A stretch of 64,000 bases of DNA from Tubulanus polymorphus (taxonomy: Eukaryota > Animalia > Nemertea): NCBI RefSeq assembly GCF_964204645.1, contig NC_134028.1:15197653-15261652 (forward strand), written 5' to 3'. Shown in pieces: positions 49,237-61,511 of this stretch. The stretch's first letter is position 1. Each line of letters opens with the position of its first letter. The position numbers were made by a program, and so were the translations under genes. The notes below the pieces were generated by a model. That model was not told the origin of the DNA. It made no database searches and saw only the letters and a program-made list of their open reading frames with translations.

Positions 49237-49846
49237 TTATTTTATAAATTTATATTCATATGGAAATTGTAATCTCAGTAATAATTTTGAACCTTTATTA
49301 TTCTTTAATTTATTCATATATTCATCATGTAACTCAGTAGGTATAATTTGATTTTCTTCCAATGATTGTTGCATAGATTTTTTATCTTTGTTATAAAATA
49401 AAACTAGAAATCTTATATTCTCCCTAAAGTCTTTAACAATTGAATTATATTTTTGATTTAAAACCCATGTTGTTATCCCAAAATGTCTCCCAGAGAAAAC
49501 TAAATAACATAACTCACTTTCTCTCACTTTTGAATCATGTAAATTTGCGCAATCATCTATAATGAATAATGTATTTGATCCTTTATAAGTATCAATTGCT
49601 ATTTTTATACAATTATCTAAATTTTCGTTTACTGTTTTAGGATTTAATATAATAAACTTTTTTATCTTAACAATATCTCTATTATATGTTTTATTCATTT
49701 CATAAGTAGGACAGAATAATATTATATTATCAAAATGATTCTTATAAACAGTTTCTAACAAATCTAATATGAAATGTGTTTTACCACAATTGGTTACTCC
49801 AGTAACTAACATATTATGCGGTTCAATATAAATAAATCTTTATTCA
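49237..49846 (-). pseudogene. Packaging ATPase; small deletions around the start codon
   Basis: GVTNCGKT, IIDD and GRH motifs intact; the 5' end differs from copy A by indels. Confidence 0.85.
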
Positions 49847-50943
49847 TTTATTCTTTTAATTTTACTAGATAAAATCCATTCATTAAATTTATCATCATAT
49901 CCTTTATATTTCACCAAAGAATACTTTTTTCCTTTAAGAGTTTTTGTTTTCAATACTTTTTCTATTTTATATTCTATTTCATCTGGGTTTGGTACAAGTG
50001 ATAATTCTTGTTCATAGAAATAACCTAATATTTCTTCATCTTTTATATCTTCTAGTTTATAAACAAAAGGTTTAGTTAATATTATCTTTTTAATTTTGAA
50101 TATTTCTTCTGTAAAATTTGGGGTATAACCTTTATAAAAGGTTTTTCTATATTTAGATATTCTAACGTGTTGTCCTTTTTTAAATTTAGGTTCTCCGAAA
50201 TCATGTGTAACAAATGCGCCATATAAATTATTCCAAACAATTTCCGAATTATCTTCTTTTCTAGCTTGTATAGGTTTCATATTTATAGAACTATGTTTAG
50301 AATTATTATAACCTTTCACTAAATCATCTAATATATTTATAGACTCATCGATATATTTATTTGTTTCATTAGCAGTAAAATATTTCCACATTCTAGTTTT
50401 CAATGTTTTATTAAATCTTTCTAAAATAGATGCTTTTTTATCTGAATGTGTTGAAAAATAATCTACATCGTTATCAGATAATAGTTTTTTAAAATGTTTG
50501 TTATAAAATTCCTTACCTTCATCAAATTGTATCTTAACTGGAATAGCTTCTTCAAATATATTTTTAAAAGCATTTGTTACTTCTATTCCAGTTTTATTTT
50601 TGATTGGAATTGACCATGCGTATCTACTGAATATGTCTATAACATTTAATATCCAGAAATATCCTTTGTTGTATTCTACTAAGTTCTTCATGTCAATTAA
50701 ATCTGCTTGCCATTGTTGATCGATATATGAAACCATAACTTTTCTTGTCAAATAAGTTTTATCCATTTTCTTGTGGATTTGATATGTTGGTTGATTTTGT
50801 AACCATGATTTCAATTCCCTATATTTTATACCGCCATTTTCTTTATCAGATTTGATTTTATCCCATAATTCTGTAACGTTAGAATATGATACTTCACTCT
50901 CCGGGTTATAATATAAATCTCTTAAATATTGTTCTTTTTTCAT
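49840..50943 (-). CDS. rve integrase with C-terminal chromodomain, ORF intact
   Basis: DDE in QADL, QFDEGKEF and ERFNKTLK; chromodomain EYKIEKVL..YSLVKYKGY..NEW. Confidence 0.95.
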   Translation of the reverse strand: MKKEQYLRDLYYNPESEVSYSNVTELWDKIKSDKENGGIKYRELKSWLQNQPTYQIHKKMDKTYLTRKVMVSYIDQQWQADLIDMKNLVEYNKGYFWILNVIDIFSRYAWSIPIKNKTGIEVTNAFKNIFEEAIPVKIQFDEGKEFYNKHFKKLLSDNDVDYFSTHSDKKASILERFNKTLKTRMWKYFTANETNKYIDESINILDDLVKGYNNSKHSSINMKPIQARKEDNSEIVWNNLYGAFVTHDFGEPKFKKGQHVRISKYRKTFYKGYTPNFTEEIFKIKKIILTKPFVYKLEDIKDEEILGYFYEQELSLVPNPDEIEYKIEKVLKTKTLKGKKYSLVKYKGYDDKFNEWILSSKIKRINE

Positions 50944-50949
50944 CTTATT

Positions 50950-51318
50950 TTAATCCATTAATATTAATCTTGGTTTATTTTCAATGACTTTATCATTTGA
51001 CTTATTTTCTGGTATGATAGGTTTATTGTCATTGGAATCATCTTTATCATCAGATTTGAATTTTGATTTATATATTACACCGGATAATATAATAACTGTT
51101 ACTAATCCAATTGTAATATATAATTTATAATTACTTCCAGAATTAGAAGAATCAGATGGATTATCATTCGAATCAATATCAGATAATTTCTGTGATTCAT
51201 TTATATCAGTTAACTTCTTTTTCTTAGCTTTTTTTAATTCTGAAGATCTTTTACCTAATTCTCTTGCCCATTTAATTTGTTTCTCGGATCTAGCCTTTTT
51301 CTTAACGCTATCACTCAT
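50950..51318 (-). CDS. 122-aa basic single-TM protein
   Basis: Homologue of 4749-5108. Confidence 0.75.
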   Translation of the reverse strand: MSDSVKKKARSEKQIKWARELGKRSSELKKAKKKKLTDINESQKLSDIDSNDNPSDSSNSGSNYKLYITIGLVTVIILSGVIYKSKFKSDDKDDSNDNKPIIPENKSNDKVIENKPRLILMD

Positions 51319-51913
51319 TTATTTTAGTTAATTTTTGTTCTGATTGATTTTCTGTTTCGACGTTTGGTTGTAGTACATCTGTTTCGTTCTTACCTGATTT
51401 ATATTCCATAGGCTTGATGTTCGAAAGTGTTATGACACCAGTAGAAATTAATGTCATAACCGATCCTAATTGAAATGAAACATAACCAACCCATTTTTGT
51501 AATTCAGTCATAACTAAGTAGTCATTTTTCAAATCACTATATAATTTATTTTCATCATTAATTGGTATTAACTGGTTACATAACTTAGAGTAACATTTGA
51601 CAATACCATCTGAAATAGAATCATTTATTCGGGCTAATCTTGCCTCTTCATAAATCTTAAAATATTTTATTACTTTATCGGGTTTCATAGCATCTAATTC
51701 TTGAAAAGTAATAGTCTTAGTTAAAAACTCTTTAGTTTTTCCGCTAGCAATCAATAGTTCTAGATGATGCTTACAATATAAATAGTATTCATAATCTATA
51801 TTACAATTAACTTGAGCACAATTAGTTACAACTGTATCTTTATTATCACTAATACCTAAATCATCTAATGCTTTTTCAATATCAATACTATTCTTATTAG
51901 ATTTCTTTGACAT
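51311..51913 (-). CDS. 200-aa protein of unknown function, hydrophobic near the C-terminus
   Basis: Intact ORF with TAAATG start. Confidence 0.8.
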   Translation of the reverse strand: MSKKSNKNSIDIEKALDDLGISDNKDTVVTNCAQVNCNIDYEYYLYCKHHLELLIASGKTKEFLTKTITFQELDAMKPDKVIKYFKIYEEARLARINDSISDGIVKCYSKLCNQLIPINDENKLYSDLKNDYLVMTELQKWVGYVSFQLGSVMTLISTGVITLSNIKPMEYKSGKNETDVLQPNVETENQSEQKLTKINE

Positions 51914-52160
51914 TTATATTAGAGAAAAAAGCAAAAAAAAATATCATAAGTATTCTTCAAATGATACTAGTATCTCTTTGGGTTAATACTAGCTTAGTTA
52001 AAGGTAAAGAATTTTAGTATTAGATATTGTTTTTTTAGTATTTTTATTTGTGATATAAAGTATTCTTTCTTGAAAAGAAAATATTGAAAATATAATAGAA
52101 TTCACTAGCTAGTTGAAGTTATTGTTTTTTTAATATTTTTTGTTTAAAATCTATTATTCT

Positions 52161-52832
52161 TTAACCACTCATTAAAGACTCAACGTATTGTTCATTATTT
52201 GGATCATTGTTCCATTGATCAATAAATTTCTTTGCCTTTGTTAACTGTTCTGAATATAACTGTAAATCTAGTTTATTAGATTCAATTATGTTTTCCTTCT
52301 TTTCTAAAGGTCTTAAATTCTTCCAATTCCAAATAAGTTTTTTATTGTATTCATCATTCATGTTAAATTTAGATATTGGTAACACGTGATCAATATGGTA
52401 ATAATCCCCATAATTATCTATATTCATTTTATCATCGAATTGAAATATAATCCATGATTTGAGAAATTCATCTGAACAACCCAACAAATTAGGTAATGTT
52501 TCTGAATGTGTTTCTTTGTTGAATAATTGTGTTAATCTAGATCTTAAACATTGTTTTAATCTAAAATTAAGATCTGTTTGATATCTTTCTCTCATATATT
52601 CTGCCATATAATAATTATAATGTTCTATATTATCTTCTCGGTATTGTTTGGTATATAGTTTAAAACAAGTTTTACAGCAATATTGAAAACCATCTTTGCT
52701 AATCTTACGCTTACTAAATTCTGTTAAAGCTAATTTATCTAATTCACATTTAGAAAACTTCTTGTAATATATATTTATAACACCACCAGTGTTATTTGTA
52801 ATATTGATAATTTGTGGTTGTTCTGGTTCCAT
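52161..52832 (-). CDS. HNH endonuclease (223 aa)
   Basis: HIDHVLP..NWKNLRPL..N motif and Cys-rich N-terminal region. Confidence 0.85.
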   Translation of the reverse strand: MEPEQPQIINITNNTGGVINIYYKKFSKCELDKLALTEFSKRKISKDGFQYCCKTCFKLYTKQYREDNIEHYNYYMAEYMRERYQTDLNFRLKQCLRSRLTQLFNKETHSETLPNLLGCSDEFLKSWIIFQFDDKMNIDNYGDYYHIDHVLPISKFNMNDEYNKKLIWNWKNLRPLEKKENIIESNKLDLQLYSEQLTKAKKFIDQWNNDPNNEQYVESLMSG

Positions 52833-52989
52833 TTATTATATGTATTTTTTACTAAATTGGTTAATATTTTAGAATCCTCTTCCATTTCTTCGACCAACGT
52901 CATCCTTTTTCATTCCTCGCTGCTTTTGATAAGTTGTTTCGATTCCTTGATATCTAAATCATACCAGTTACAATATCCGCGTCACATGC

Positions 52990-53530
52990 GGGCATACAGG
53001 AGCGTTTTTGCTTAATGCGCATGCGTTAATCATAATTATATATTCATTCTATAGATTATGTAAAATAGAAACAACACATGCGTTACATGCGTCACATGCG
53101 GCCATTGATGCCCGGTTTTGCTTAATGCACATGTTTTAATCATAATTATATATTCTTTCTGTAAATAGAAACAACTGAACACATAAGATATCAAAACGCA
53201 TGTGCACTAGGCAAGACCGGGCATTCAGGCCCGGTTTGGATCAATGCGCATGCGCTAATCATAATTATATATTCATTCTATAAATTATGTAAAATAGAAA
53301 CAACCAACATGAAATATCAAAACACATGTGCACTAGGCAAGACCGGGCATTCAAGCCCGGTTTGGATCAATGCGCATGCGCTAATCATAATTATATATTC
53401 ATTATGTAAATAGAAACAACCGACATGAAATATCAAAACACATGTGCACTAGGCAAGACCGGGCATTCAAGCCCGGTTTGGATCAATGCGCATTCGCTAA
53501 TCAGAATAGAAACGACTGAACATAAAAATT
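52990..53530. repeat. About five 110-126-bp tandem repeats containing TGCGCATGCG
   Basis: Motif at ~53015, 53125 (degenerate), 53245, 53371 and 53487 (degenerate). Confidence 0.9.
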
Positions 53531-54069
53531 CACCAAACAGATTTACACATTACATTATACAAGTTGTTCAGTCGTTTCTTCCAATACATCATTTCATTTC
53601 TATAAATACAATTTATAATTACAAACATTTTTTCAATTGCTGGTAAATATTTAACTACATCAACAAATGTTAAACTTAATCATTGGAGTCTTAATGTTTT
53701 TGAAATTCTTATATAGTTTCTTCGTCGATCTTTTGGCGATTCTTGTGTTTCTTGTGCTAATTTCTATTGGTTTGATATCCATTGCTGTTGATTCCTCAGT
53801 CAGAAAGAGTATCTTGAGTTTCTTTATCACTGCTTGATGCGTATGGCGTTTTATTAATCTAAAAGATATTAGCGGTAACTCTAGCTATCTAAAAGATATA
53901 CTAAATACACTTAAATATATCTAAAGGTTTCATATTTAATAGCCCTAATAACTACAACAAACAGTACTTACATTTAGATTTAGAATTGTAAACTATAAAC
54001 TCCTAATTTCGTTTCGAGAGATAGAATATCCTGAGCACAATGTTACAGCGTCTGTTCATTTCCGGGGCG

Positions 54070-54235
54070 ATTTCTAGAATGAACACGCCGTTGATTATGC
54101 CACGTCATCTGGTTCCGGCGCGCCTTTTCTAGAATATTCTACACGTTTCTGATTATGACATGTCATCTCTATTCAGAGTTCCAGCACACCTTTCTAGAAT
54201 TTTCTCTACACGTTTGTAATATTATGAGTCATAAT
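54070..54235. promoter_or_regulatory. Cluster of heat-shock-element, UPRE/CRE and AP-1 consensus matches in three ~60-bp repeats
   Basis: TTCtaGAAtaTTC at 54127-54139, TTCtaGAAttTTC at 54192-54204, CCACGTCA at ~54100, TGAGTCA at 54225. Confidence 0.45.
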
Positions 54236-54317
54236 GTCTCGGCGTCATAGTAACGGCTGTAACAGCTGTGAATTTATAGATTTATTCCATAGCTCTGTAC
54301 ATGGAATGTATATAGGT

Positions 54318-54569
54318 TCAAATAGAATCATGTTCTAGTATAAAGATCGGATCCTTGATATCAAATTCCTCAACGTATTGTTCATTATTTGGATCATTAT
54401 TCCATAATTCAATAAATTTCTTTGACTTTGTTAACTGTTCTGAATATAACTGTAAATATTCTAGTTTCAATTTATTCTCTAAATGTGTTTTAGTTTTATT
54501 GTGTCTTGCTTTTTGGGATTTATCTATATTGATATTACATGTTGGGCAGTAGTACTTATTTGCTTCCAT
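54318..54569 (-). CDS. 83-aa chimeric zinc-finger ORF
   Basis: Homologue of 1880-2131. Confidence 0.6.
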   Translation of the reverse strand: MEANKYYCPTCNINIDKSQKARHNKTKTHLENKLKLEYLQLYSEQLTKSKKFIELWNNDPNNEQYVEEFDIKDPIFILEHDSI

Positions 54570-54917
54570 TTTAATACTAAATTTTTTATTAAAATTGATT
54601 TTAGAAGTTATTCATTTATATTTTATTCATATACATGAATATTTTAAGAGTAATAGGGAATATGTTGTTTCATATCAAAGGTTGAAAGGGCTAGTGAGTA
54701 AAAAATGAAAAATATGAAAATAATAATAATTTCTATTTGAATTAGGAGTGAAACTCATATAAAATGAAAAATAAATTCGAGTGTGCGAGAATAATTTTTC
54801 ATTTTATATGAGTTTTGCTACTAATTCAAATAGAAATTGTTATTATTTTCATATTTTTCATTTTTTATGAGCTCGACCTTTCGACCTTTGGTATGAAACA
54901 ACATATTCCCTATTACT
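54456..54917. repeat. Right TIR of copy B with hairpin 54649-54917
   Basis: AGTAATAGGGAATATGTTGTTTCATA...TATGAAACAACATATTCCCTATTACT. Confidence 0.95.
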
Positions 54918-55519
54918 ACGGTACACCAGTACAGCATAATCACTAGAAGAAGCATGGAAGTAATGATTAGGCCTGGCCAACATCTCTGTACCAGTGATCT
55001 TCTCAAAGATTGGAAAATCTTAATATACTTAATATAAGTGTAAATTTTTACTGTATGGCGATGTTGATATCTTCACTTCAGTTATCAGTATCAAACTTTT
55101 ATCAAAGACGGCTCAATTTATTTGTGAAAATTATGAACGATGCAACAATGTAAAAAACTAAGCATATCAATGAATGCATTCATATGAATGGTATATTCAT
55201 GTATCTCTTTTTATAAATTTTGTTCGTTCAAATTTTTTCAAACGTTTGTTTTGGCTCTTTTTCTACTTTCTCATCTTGACTTCTATGTGTTATGTATACT
55301 TGTTCACACTTACCCATTATGTTTCTACGCGTGGCAAGTTTGATTGAATTGATGATGCAATTTGATAATAGAATACTTGATTGTACAAAAAAATAATTAG
55401 GCCTATTTTAACCGATATTTTTGATTCTACTAATTGATGGATTAATTCAAAAAATTAAAAAAACCGATGAATTAAGAAACACAAAAATGAAATATTGAAA
55501 TGAGTATACCTTAAAATTG

Positions 55520-56663
55520 CGGTGTTGTCATATCGCGGAAAGACGGAATCGCGGAATTTTCCAAAAACGCGGAATTTCTTCATTTTTACTTTAAATAGTA
55601 AACGGGTTTTCCCACGGGGATACCCACTGTCGGACAGGGCACCGGACCGATCGATGCAACGACTTAGGTTCGAATCCCATTATTTGCAGGCAATTTTATA
55701 TGGAATTATTATATTACGATACCGTTGACTGGCTGCCACCTGTAGAAGAAGTCAGAATCAAGTGAGGTGAAAGAGACCAGGCACCTAATGTCTATTTCTA
55801 CTAGGCAAACTTCGGTTATCGAAGTTCATCGACTTTTTGAGAACTTCAGAAACGAATATTATCAGACAAATATTGAGCACGTTCGCGGTGTCGGACCGTA
55901 GTTGTAGATGGTTGCAAACATGAAATCCTACGACCAAACAAGTACCGGTTCAAATTCCTTTGAAATTATTATAATTTTACGGCCGTCCAGTACCGGTACC
56001 AATAAGATTCTTTTGATCCAAATAATCAGCATAGGAACATATAGCCTATGTTATAGCAGTCACAAAGTAAACATTAAAAAAAACGAAACCATTTTATAAT
56101 CTTTCATATCATTTAATTCTAAAAGATAAACCACGTTCTTTGCTTATAACAACAATGTAGACACACAACACGCATGAACAATCCTAAGCCAGAATGAAAT
56201 ATACATATGTCTATTTATTTTCGTCTGACATCGATCCAGTTCCACAGTTGTGAGTTACTTAGAATCAATTCATTTCCAATGTTTTAAATCCAGAGACCAG
56301 AGTCAAATCTTAACTCGGAAGTGAGTCCTTGAGAATGACCCATGGTGTCATCACAAATCCTACGTTTACGTACCATCGATTTGTATTCCTTCAGTTAATG
56401 CAGCGATACTCTGTATCACTGAATTCGCAAAGCACGTATTTTCTAGGTTCTGCATTATTTGGAACAGTATCGTTAAGTTGTTGACTGGCGATATAATAAA
56501 TTATCAAATACTAATTCCCGGTGTTGAAAACCTGGGTCCGGTGCCCTGTCCGACAGTGGGTATCCCCGTGGGAAAACCCGTTTACTATTTATAGTAAAAA
56601 TGAAGAAATTCCGCGTTTTTGGGAAATTCCGCGATTCCGTCTTTCCGCGATATGACAACACCG
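55520..56663. mobile_element. Non-autonomous TIR element: ~129-bp TIRs, 9-bp TSD TTAAAATTG (Mutator-like)
   Basis: 55520-55648 is inverted at 56535-56663; TTAAAATTG at 55511-55519 and 56664-56672. Confidence 0.7.
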
Positions 56664-57862
56664 TTAAAATTGACCCATGCTGATCTGTGGCGAAAATTTT
56701 GAATAATTTCACTGACATCCGTATCTTGAGACATTACATTATATGCTTAAATAATTGTACACAGCAATTTTTCAACCATATTCGTCCAGTACCGCTCGAA
56801 CCCGCGCTCAGAAAATCTTATATTCCACAATATTTCGCTGTCTTCCGTAGATTATCATCTGCTTTATTCATGTAAAATTATGTTTCTCATCTTGTATAGC
56901 TGAACAAAATTGATTTTTGTAGGTGTACCGATACGTAAGTTGACAAAATTAATCTTTTATAATCTCGGAGTTGATTCCACAGTCTGAAGCTTTTAATTGG
57001 GCATACACGCTTGATTTTCATTGCTGCAACTTTCATTACATTTTTAAGCGAACTCCTACGTGTATAAGTGTTATCAATTTTTTCTGCCTCTTGATTAAGT
57101 CGCCAAGAGTTCGAGTTGGTCAACAGCGCAAACGGTTATGGCCCGATGTCTATCCGAGTCCAGTCAAAACGTCCGAGTCGCCGGGGCTAACCCGATGTGG
57201 ATACTATGATTTTTTAATAACAAAATCAGAAATTTGAAATGTATTGTGACCTCGTTATCGTGAGATGAATCAAAGAAGAAAAGAAAAGAAAAGGCTACAT
57301 CGATGATTTTAGCGGGCTGACAGCCCGCTAAAATCATCGTGCCACCTCACCCGATTTCTTTTTTAGTATAGTGCGCGGATATTCTCACTCGGCACGATTC
57401 TTACTTGGCACGCAACAGGCCTTCCCTTCCGTTATAGTTCTATGGCCAATCCGAACGTGAATCGATGACGCTGTATGGGAATGAATGACGACCTGTTCTG
57501 CTTTGGATATTCTCGGAGCTTTTCCTTCCTCGATTTGTTGCTAGCGCTAGACTATTTCCACCAATCAGCGGGCTCAATTTTTATTTATTCCGGTTTGCTC
57601 GGTTGCTAAGCCCAACTGCTTGTAATTTCCGTGTTGTCCGAGCTTGTTGTCGTAGAGGGCATCTTAAAAACGGCCTCATTAAAAACAGTTGGTTAGCCAA
57701 GGCATCTAGTTTATTACATGGTTGGAGAGAAGTGAAGTCGTCAGGGCGATTACCCTACTAACTAGGTACCGTTGCGAAATTCAGAAGGCCTAAGTAGGCT
57801 AACTGGCATAGGAATGTGCCTCTATAATAGCCTAAAAGTCTATTTATTATTTTCTTGTCCAC

Positions 57863-58708
57863 GATCTTTTTGAGATATTTCGCATGATTTTCGGGGTGCA
57901 TACACAGGGGTTTGGCGATGGGCTTGGATTTTATTTCCGGGTTGTTGATAATCTCGCGAGAATGGCGCTAAAAATGAGCTGCGAATAAATTCAAAATATC
58001 ATGTGTTTATATTGTTTATTTATCTGCTATAAAGTTCCGATAAACAATTGTTCGTTAAGAATCATTATCAGACGGTCGTGACGCTCTATATAAAATCACA
58101 AGGGATGAAACGCAGTTCAAGTCGTGCCAGCCAGGAAGTTGGGACAGTCACGTGACTTGGGCCTAACGCTCCTTATTTGACTGAATGCAAACCTGAAACA
58201 TCTAAGATGGAAACTATGATACGAAAAATATTTGAGAATAACTTACATTTTAATGCATTTTTTGTCTATGAATTATATATTTCATCATGATTTATTCTTT
58301 ATAAGTTATTTATTTCATATGAATCATAATCTGACAATTGATATCGGTCTGTGAATATGTTAACTTTTCATGTTAAAGTTTTAAATGTGATAACATCATC
58401 AGAATATCACGTGACTGTCCAACTTTCTGGCTGGCACGACTTGAACTGCGTTTCATCCCTTGTGATTTTATTAAGTAGCCTAAAGCGTGACGACCGTCTG
58501 ATGATGATCCTTAACGACCAATTGTTTATCGGAACTTTATAGCGGATAAATAAACAATATAGGCCTAAACACAAGGTATTTCCATGATATTTTGAATTTA
58601 TTCGCAGTTCATATTTAGCGCCATTCTCGCGAGATTATCAACAACCCGGAAATAAAATCCAAGCCCATTGCCAAACCCCTGTGGGTGCATAGGGCCTCAA
58701 AAAGATCT
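57863..58708. mobile_element. Foldback/MITE-like element with ~260-290-bp inverted arms
   Basis: 57897-58156 is the reverse complement of ~58407-58689. Confidence 0.75.
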
Positions 58709-61511
58709 TAATCGAATCAGTAGAGTTATGGCCTGGAGTCCAGATAAATCTTTGTTTTTATAGGCCTATCCATTTTACGCTGTTTTGAAGGATTGTTGAA
58801 TATTATCGAAAATTGTGCTTTAAATTGGGGAAGTGGTTATCTAGCCAGATCCGGTTACCGACTTATAAAGGATATTTAGCGGATCCATAGGCTATATTAT
58901 GTAACAATAGAATCATTTTTAGGCAAGCCGTAGGCTGAGCCTATTACTATACAAATGGAGCAAATTTAAATGACGTGGTTTCCAGAGCAAAGGCTCTTTG
59001 ACTGGGCAACTGGGCATATATTCATACAGAGCATTCATTAGAGCATTATCCATTCTCCAACCTCTATGAAGCTAAAATTTTGAAAAACGGCCTCGTCAAA
59101 ATTTATAGGCCTCATGAGCTTTTTCGCGAAAATCTTATCGCAAAAATATCTGTTTTAAAAAGCCAATCAGTAAGTAAAGACTCCTCTGTGATTGGCTTAG
59201 CCGCAGAGATCAGCAGGTGTTCATGTGAACCCGCGGTATCGTCTACCGTTTTACTTCTGGGTTCTATTTTAAGATCTAAAATTGCATTTTAAGATCGATT
59301 TCTGTGAAATCTTTAGTTGACTTGGTTTTTGGAAGGGATAATTTTATTTACACTACAGAAAATAGCATTGACATTTATGCAAAGTCCGGGAAAATAGCTT
59401 TTCTCAAATCGGATGGATGACCTTGATATATGCTAATTAGCCATGTGCTCGAACTGCAGATTCAATCAAATTTTATTTTGCAAAAAAATATCAAATCCTA
59501 TTCAATTTTACTTTATTGCACAAATTAAACATCAAATCCAATTCAATTTTGTTTTAGGCCTATCAAACAAATTTCAGAAAATTCAATTCTATTCCGCATT
59601 CAAATCAATAAGACCAAAGGAAAAGCTTTATCTGAGGTATTTGTTCCTGCCAGCTCCAGTCGCTGTCTATGCTACTTGGAAATTATGTGGAAATTATAGG
59701 TATTTTCATCGAGCTCGGACTGTATTTTGACAAATATAACCCACAGAATTCATCATTTGCTTGATTTATGAAAAGCTGACAGGCTGGCCATGGTGCCCCT
59801 TGGGGCTCTTGTATTGGGTTTAGGTTTCGATAAGTCAGTAACCTGTCCATGGTTTAGTTTCTTGATAGAATATTTTCACAAACCACAGTCAGGAATGGGA
59901 AGGGCAATTTTGTATGCAATCTGCGTGAGTCAATTTGACAGGCATTTTCTGGTCTTTTGAGATATCTATCTAATTTTTGTTGTAATCGATGCGCAATAGA
60001 TTTGTTGTTTGTTTGTCAAATCCTTACATAGGTCACCTTGTCTATCATGCCAAATGTATGCAATACAGAGAAATGGCGGAATTTGTGGAGAAATTAATTA
60101 ATTTCTCAAAATAATGTTGATTAATCGCTCGAAACATACATAAAATTGGATTATTTCGAAAGTTACCTGTGATAATTTGTGAATTAACCCTTTCAATACC
60201 ACATTGGTTCTCCGCTGCTGTACAACGGAGGGAATTTAGGGGTTTATAGGGGTATAGGCCTATTTGAAACTTCATAGAATAGTTACCAAGGTATCTGACA
60301 CAGAAAATTTATAATGCATGTTGTTGATAACTTTTGGGCCAACAATGTAGACATAAATGTTTTGGATATAAGTGAACTTAAGGTCAAGGTCACATACTCC
60401 AAGATGGCCACCATGAAAAAAATTCACGAAAAAGTTTCAGATAAACTGCTCTGCCAGAAAAAAGCACTGATCTATTCAATTCCAACTGAAATTGTATGCC
60501 CATATATCCTTACTTCATGTAGTAAAAATTTCAAAGGAATAGAACAACTAAAAAATGTATTTTTCCACTCATTTACCAACTTCTCCACCGATATGTCGGA
60601 AGGCCGGATGTAAGGGGTTTCATTGGGGTATAATTTCAGACCTTAGAAAATTGTTACCTAGGCTATGTAGGCCTAGGCCTATTTGACACTGATAGGCCTA
60701 CATTGTATACCATGGTGTTGATAACCATTACAAATACGACAAATTATGTGGATACATGTGACCTTGGGGATGGACAGTTTCTTGTTCTTCATTATTGTTA
60801 TTGGTCTCCATTGCCATGACAACCGTATCAACAGGGTCTAAAGAAATTGTCACTGATTTCATTTTTATCATCAAAATCATTGCCGGCACTATAAACCTAT
60901 TTTCTGACCAAGTCTCATCATGTGAACTGCTGCTGTCACATTCGTTGTAACTCTCAATTTATTCACTACCAAATTCCAAGTCACCAGCATCACTGTCAGC
61001 ATCATATACGAGCTATTGAACCGTTTCATCCAGCCAAATTGATTTTTCCTGGCTGTTGCCATCTTGAATTTTATGCAGATGGCAGCACCGGCTGATATTG
61101 ATAGATATGCCCTTCTAGAAGAAGGGTTAAGTAATACCGTATCACATACGGTACGGGTATGCTAGCTTGTCAATTTGTACCGTATGCTATAAGGTAGTGG
61201 TATTGTAAGGGTTAAGCCATTAATTGTGGACTGTAATGAATAGAAAGTATATTTTTGAAGTGTTACTTTTTTCAACCGTGTTTTGGCCCTTGTCATCTCT
61301 AATGTTGGTATAAGCCCACCCGATTATAAAAAGCTTTCCACCAACGATTAGGTAACTAAGTTGGTTTCAATAGGGTTAGTGTCAAGAGGGTGAGAAGAGG
61401 GTCCGGAGGGTTCCGTTTCACAACTAGGGATAGGGTAAGATAAGGCGTAGTCTGAATACCAGTCGTTGTTACGGTTCCCTCTAACAACGTCTGACGCAAA
61501 AGTGCCATACA

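Larger units (their letters stand above)
37433..54917 (+). mobile_element. Polinton/Maverick endogenous element, copy B (inverted relative to A; left outer hairpin arm missing)
   Basis: Same gene order as copy A, reversed. Right end CCCTATTACT at 54917. Left homology begins at loop TCGCACACTC. No TSD found. Confidence 0.95.

Noticed and set aside
49082-49351. GYQVL-repeat ORF
   Set aside because: Translation of the GGTATC repeat cluster; overlaps the ATPase antisense and has a non-ATG start.
54918-54923. TSD for copy B (ACGGTA)
   Set aside because: No matching hexamer at the truncated left end.
55660-55685. tRNA gene at GGTTCGAATCCC
   Set aside because: Only a T-loop/B-box match; no cloverleaf visible.
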